Part shown: piece by piece, positions 62,270 through 64,000 of the stretch
How positions within the stretch are numbered: the first letter of the stretch is position 1
Layout: every line of letters starts with the position of its first letter
Assembly: GCA_011109175.1 (NCBI GenBank)
Contig: RDEW01000022.1
Coordinates: 229,834-293,833, forward strand
Direction: 5' to 3'
DNA from: Dicyema japonicum
Lineage: Eukaryota > Animalia > Dicyemida
DNA length: 64,000 nt
The notes under the pieces: generated by a model
Told to the model about the DNA's origin: nothing
What the model saw: only the letters and a program-made list of their open reading frames with translations
Databases searched by the model: none
Translations under genes and position numbers: made by a program

Positions 62270-62610
62270 CAGAAATGGAAGAACTAACATATCACGTTTG
62301 CTCTAAACCTGGTAAGCCAAAGGCCTCCTCTACATCATCTACAGTAACGCACCTAAGTTCTTTGATACCATTCATTTCGGAAGGCTTCAGCGAACCAGGG
62401 CACGTTATTAGTCTCATGAAGATCCAAAAGGCCTTTGACTCAATTCCGAGAAACTGACTAACTAGGAAAGTCTTCAACACTTCTATTTATCCGATTTTGA
62501 AATGCTGGATAACCAACTTCCTTATCGGAGGAGAGAACAGAGTGTGTATAGGCCTTTCAAAATCGAGACCCAGTCTTCTAAAAAATGTCGTTCCTCAAGG
62601 ATCACCTTTC
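62270..62610 (+). mobile_element. LINE RT fragment
   Basis: IQKAFDSIPR, WITNFL, VPQGSP. Confidence 0.7.
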
Positions 62611-63760
62611 TTGTACAGAAATTAATCTTTTTGGGGAACTTATCTCCATACAGAGACTACTAATTTAATTTTTTTTCGACGAATAGTTTTCCATAAAAGA
62701 CTCGTGGATTTCATATGTCCAATAGATGATAATAGGCGCTTCCACGCCCTATCTTTCTTTTCTCTGATGAGCTTTGTAATTCTCTGATTTAAGCATTTTA
62801 TATTTTGCAAATCAGAAGAGGTTTGCAGATGATTCATCTTCAGGGAGTTTCTTTGTTTGATGAGGAGACGAGTCTCCGAGTCCAGAGTAGGCTTGTAGGA
62901 TTTGTAAACTGCACGTGGTACAAACAACTTTTCAGCTTGAAGGATTACATGGTTTAGATGGTCTACTGCTTTGTCGATGGAGCAAAATGAGGTGGGATCA
63001 AAGTTTATTAGGTTATTGTCAATGAAGAGCTTGAAATTCGACCAGTCAGCTTTCTTGTAGACCTTGAAGGTTGCTTTAATTCTACGCGAGTTATTGAATC
63101 GGCTCAGTTTTAATATAATCAGATTATGATCACTTTGAAAATCGTAGGAGACGTTCCATGAAATCTTCGGGCAATCCTAGAGGAAACAATGGATATGTCA
63201 GGGGAGGTTGGGTTGTCATTTCTTCGGATAGGTGTCCTTGTGAACATATTCGGGTGATTCAAAATCACCATTTTTTCGAGAGAGTCGATAATTAAACTCC
63301 CCCTCTTGTCTGCCGACTGGGTACTAAACCATTGCGGATGTTTGGCGTTGAAATCCCCACATAGTAACACATTTCGAATTTCTTGTAGTTTGTCGAGCTT
63401 CGGAACATAGTTTTTAGGACAGGATCCCGGCGGTGGAATGTAAATGTTGATTAGAATAAGATGTTCTGACCCATTAATAAGATCAATAGAAATTTGTTCC
63501 GCGGTCTTGTCGTGTAGAATTAAATCATCCACTTGCATGCTTACATCGTGGAAGGATAGACCGTTTCTGATAATTGTGAGTAAGCCGCCACCACGTCCAA
63601 TGCGGTCTTTTCTGATAGAGATGTATCCAGGAAAAAGTGGGGTTGAACTCTTTGTAGAAAGTTTTGACTCCTGGATAAGGCAGATGTCAATCTTGTGCTT
63701 CGTTAATAAAGATCGTAACTCCAGAATCTTTGCATTGAGTTGCATAATAACAAGGGGTTT

Positions 63761-63799
63761 TGGTCCGGGGTTTTGTTCAATATCTCCAGAAAGCAATAG
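63761..63799 (-). other. 2A-like ribosomal skipping (StopGo) motif
   Basis: LLLSGDIEQNPGP fits D(V/I)ExNPGP. Confidence 0.85.
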
Positions 63800-63882
63800 A
63801 ATCCAGGGGAACAAACAACATCTCGAGTTTCCAGTTGAGGTATACCATCCAGGCATAAAGAGTCTGGATGGGGAAGAGCAAA

Positions 63883-63943
63883 TGGTTCTTTTTGGTGTAT
63901 TACTATACTGAGCGCCACCACAAAAGGTGAACCACATGACGCC
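63883..63943 (-). ncRNA. HDV-ribozyme-like pseudoknot containing the ORF start codon
   Basis: P1 GGCGTC/GGCGCT, P2 TGGTTC/GAACCA, P3 ACC/GGT, P4 GTAT/ATAC, then C-C-A-A. Confidence 0.6.
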
Positions 63944-64000
63944 ACGAGAAAAATAGCCGAGAAAAAAAAAGAGACTACTAAGAATCTTGGGAGTGATCTT

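Larger units (their letters stand above)
62640..63990 (-). mobile_element. 5' part of an Ingi/Vingi-like LINE: pseudoknot, 2A peptide and APE endonuclease
   Basis: ORF 63119-63937 has LLLSGDIEQNPGP, then MQLNA, ICLIQESK, RGGGLL, NIYIPP, GDFNAKH and SPDIS. Confidence 0.9.

Noticed and set aside
63444-63911. 155-aa plus-strand ORF and similar ORFs opposite RT, ferlin and PSMC2 exons
   Set aside because: Antisense shadows with no recognisable motifs

Overview
AT-rich eukaryotic DNA, most likely from a highly derived animal. The type-I ferlin, POLR2D, PSMC2 and METTL5 look metazoan, and nearly all introns traced are only 20-26 nt, as in reduced parasitic animals such as dicyemids or myxozoans; the taxon is an inference. 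Compact host genes (METTL5, POLR2D, an MBOAT acyltransferase, a cold-shock-domain protein, ferlin, PSMC2) and an intron-retaining RtcB pseudogene lie among many decayed transposons: APE-type LINEs (Ingi/Vingi-like), CRE-like RLE retrotransposons, hAT/Buster DNA transposons and a fold-back MITE. The most notable signal is a retroelement system held together by structured RNA. It has (1) a 5' HDV-ribozyme-like pseudoknot with compensatory substitutions that contains the start codon, (2) a 2A StopGo motif before the APE domain, (3) a covarying 3' stem whose 5' arm encodes the terminal GIT codons, seen in about 10 divergent copies, and (4) a ~290-nt non-autonomous partner made of just the two ends. 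An 8 x 24-aa CxxCxxPxxxCxC repeat protein gene is also present. Some frameshifts in conserved genes sit in homopolymers and are probably assembly errors. Element boundaries were read by eye and are approximate.
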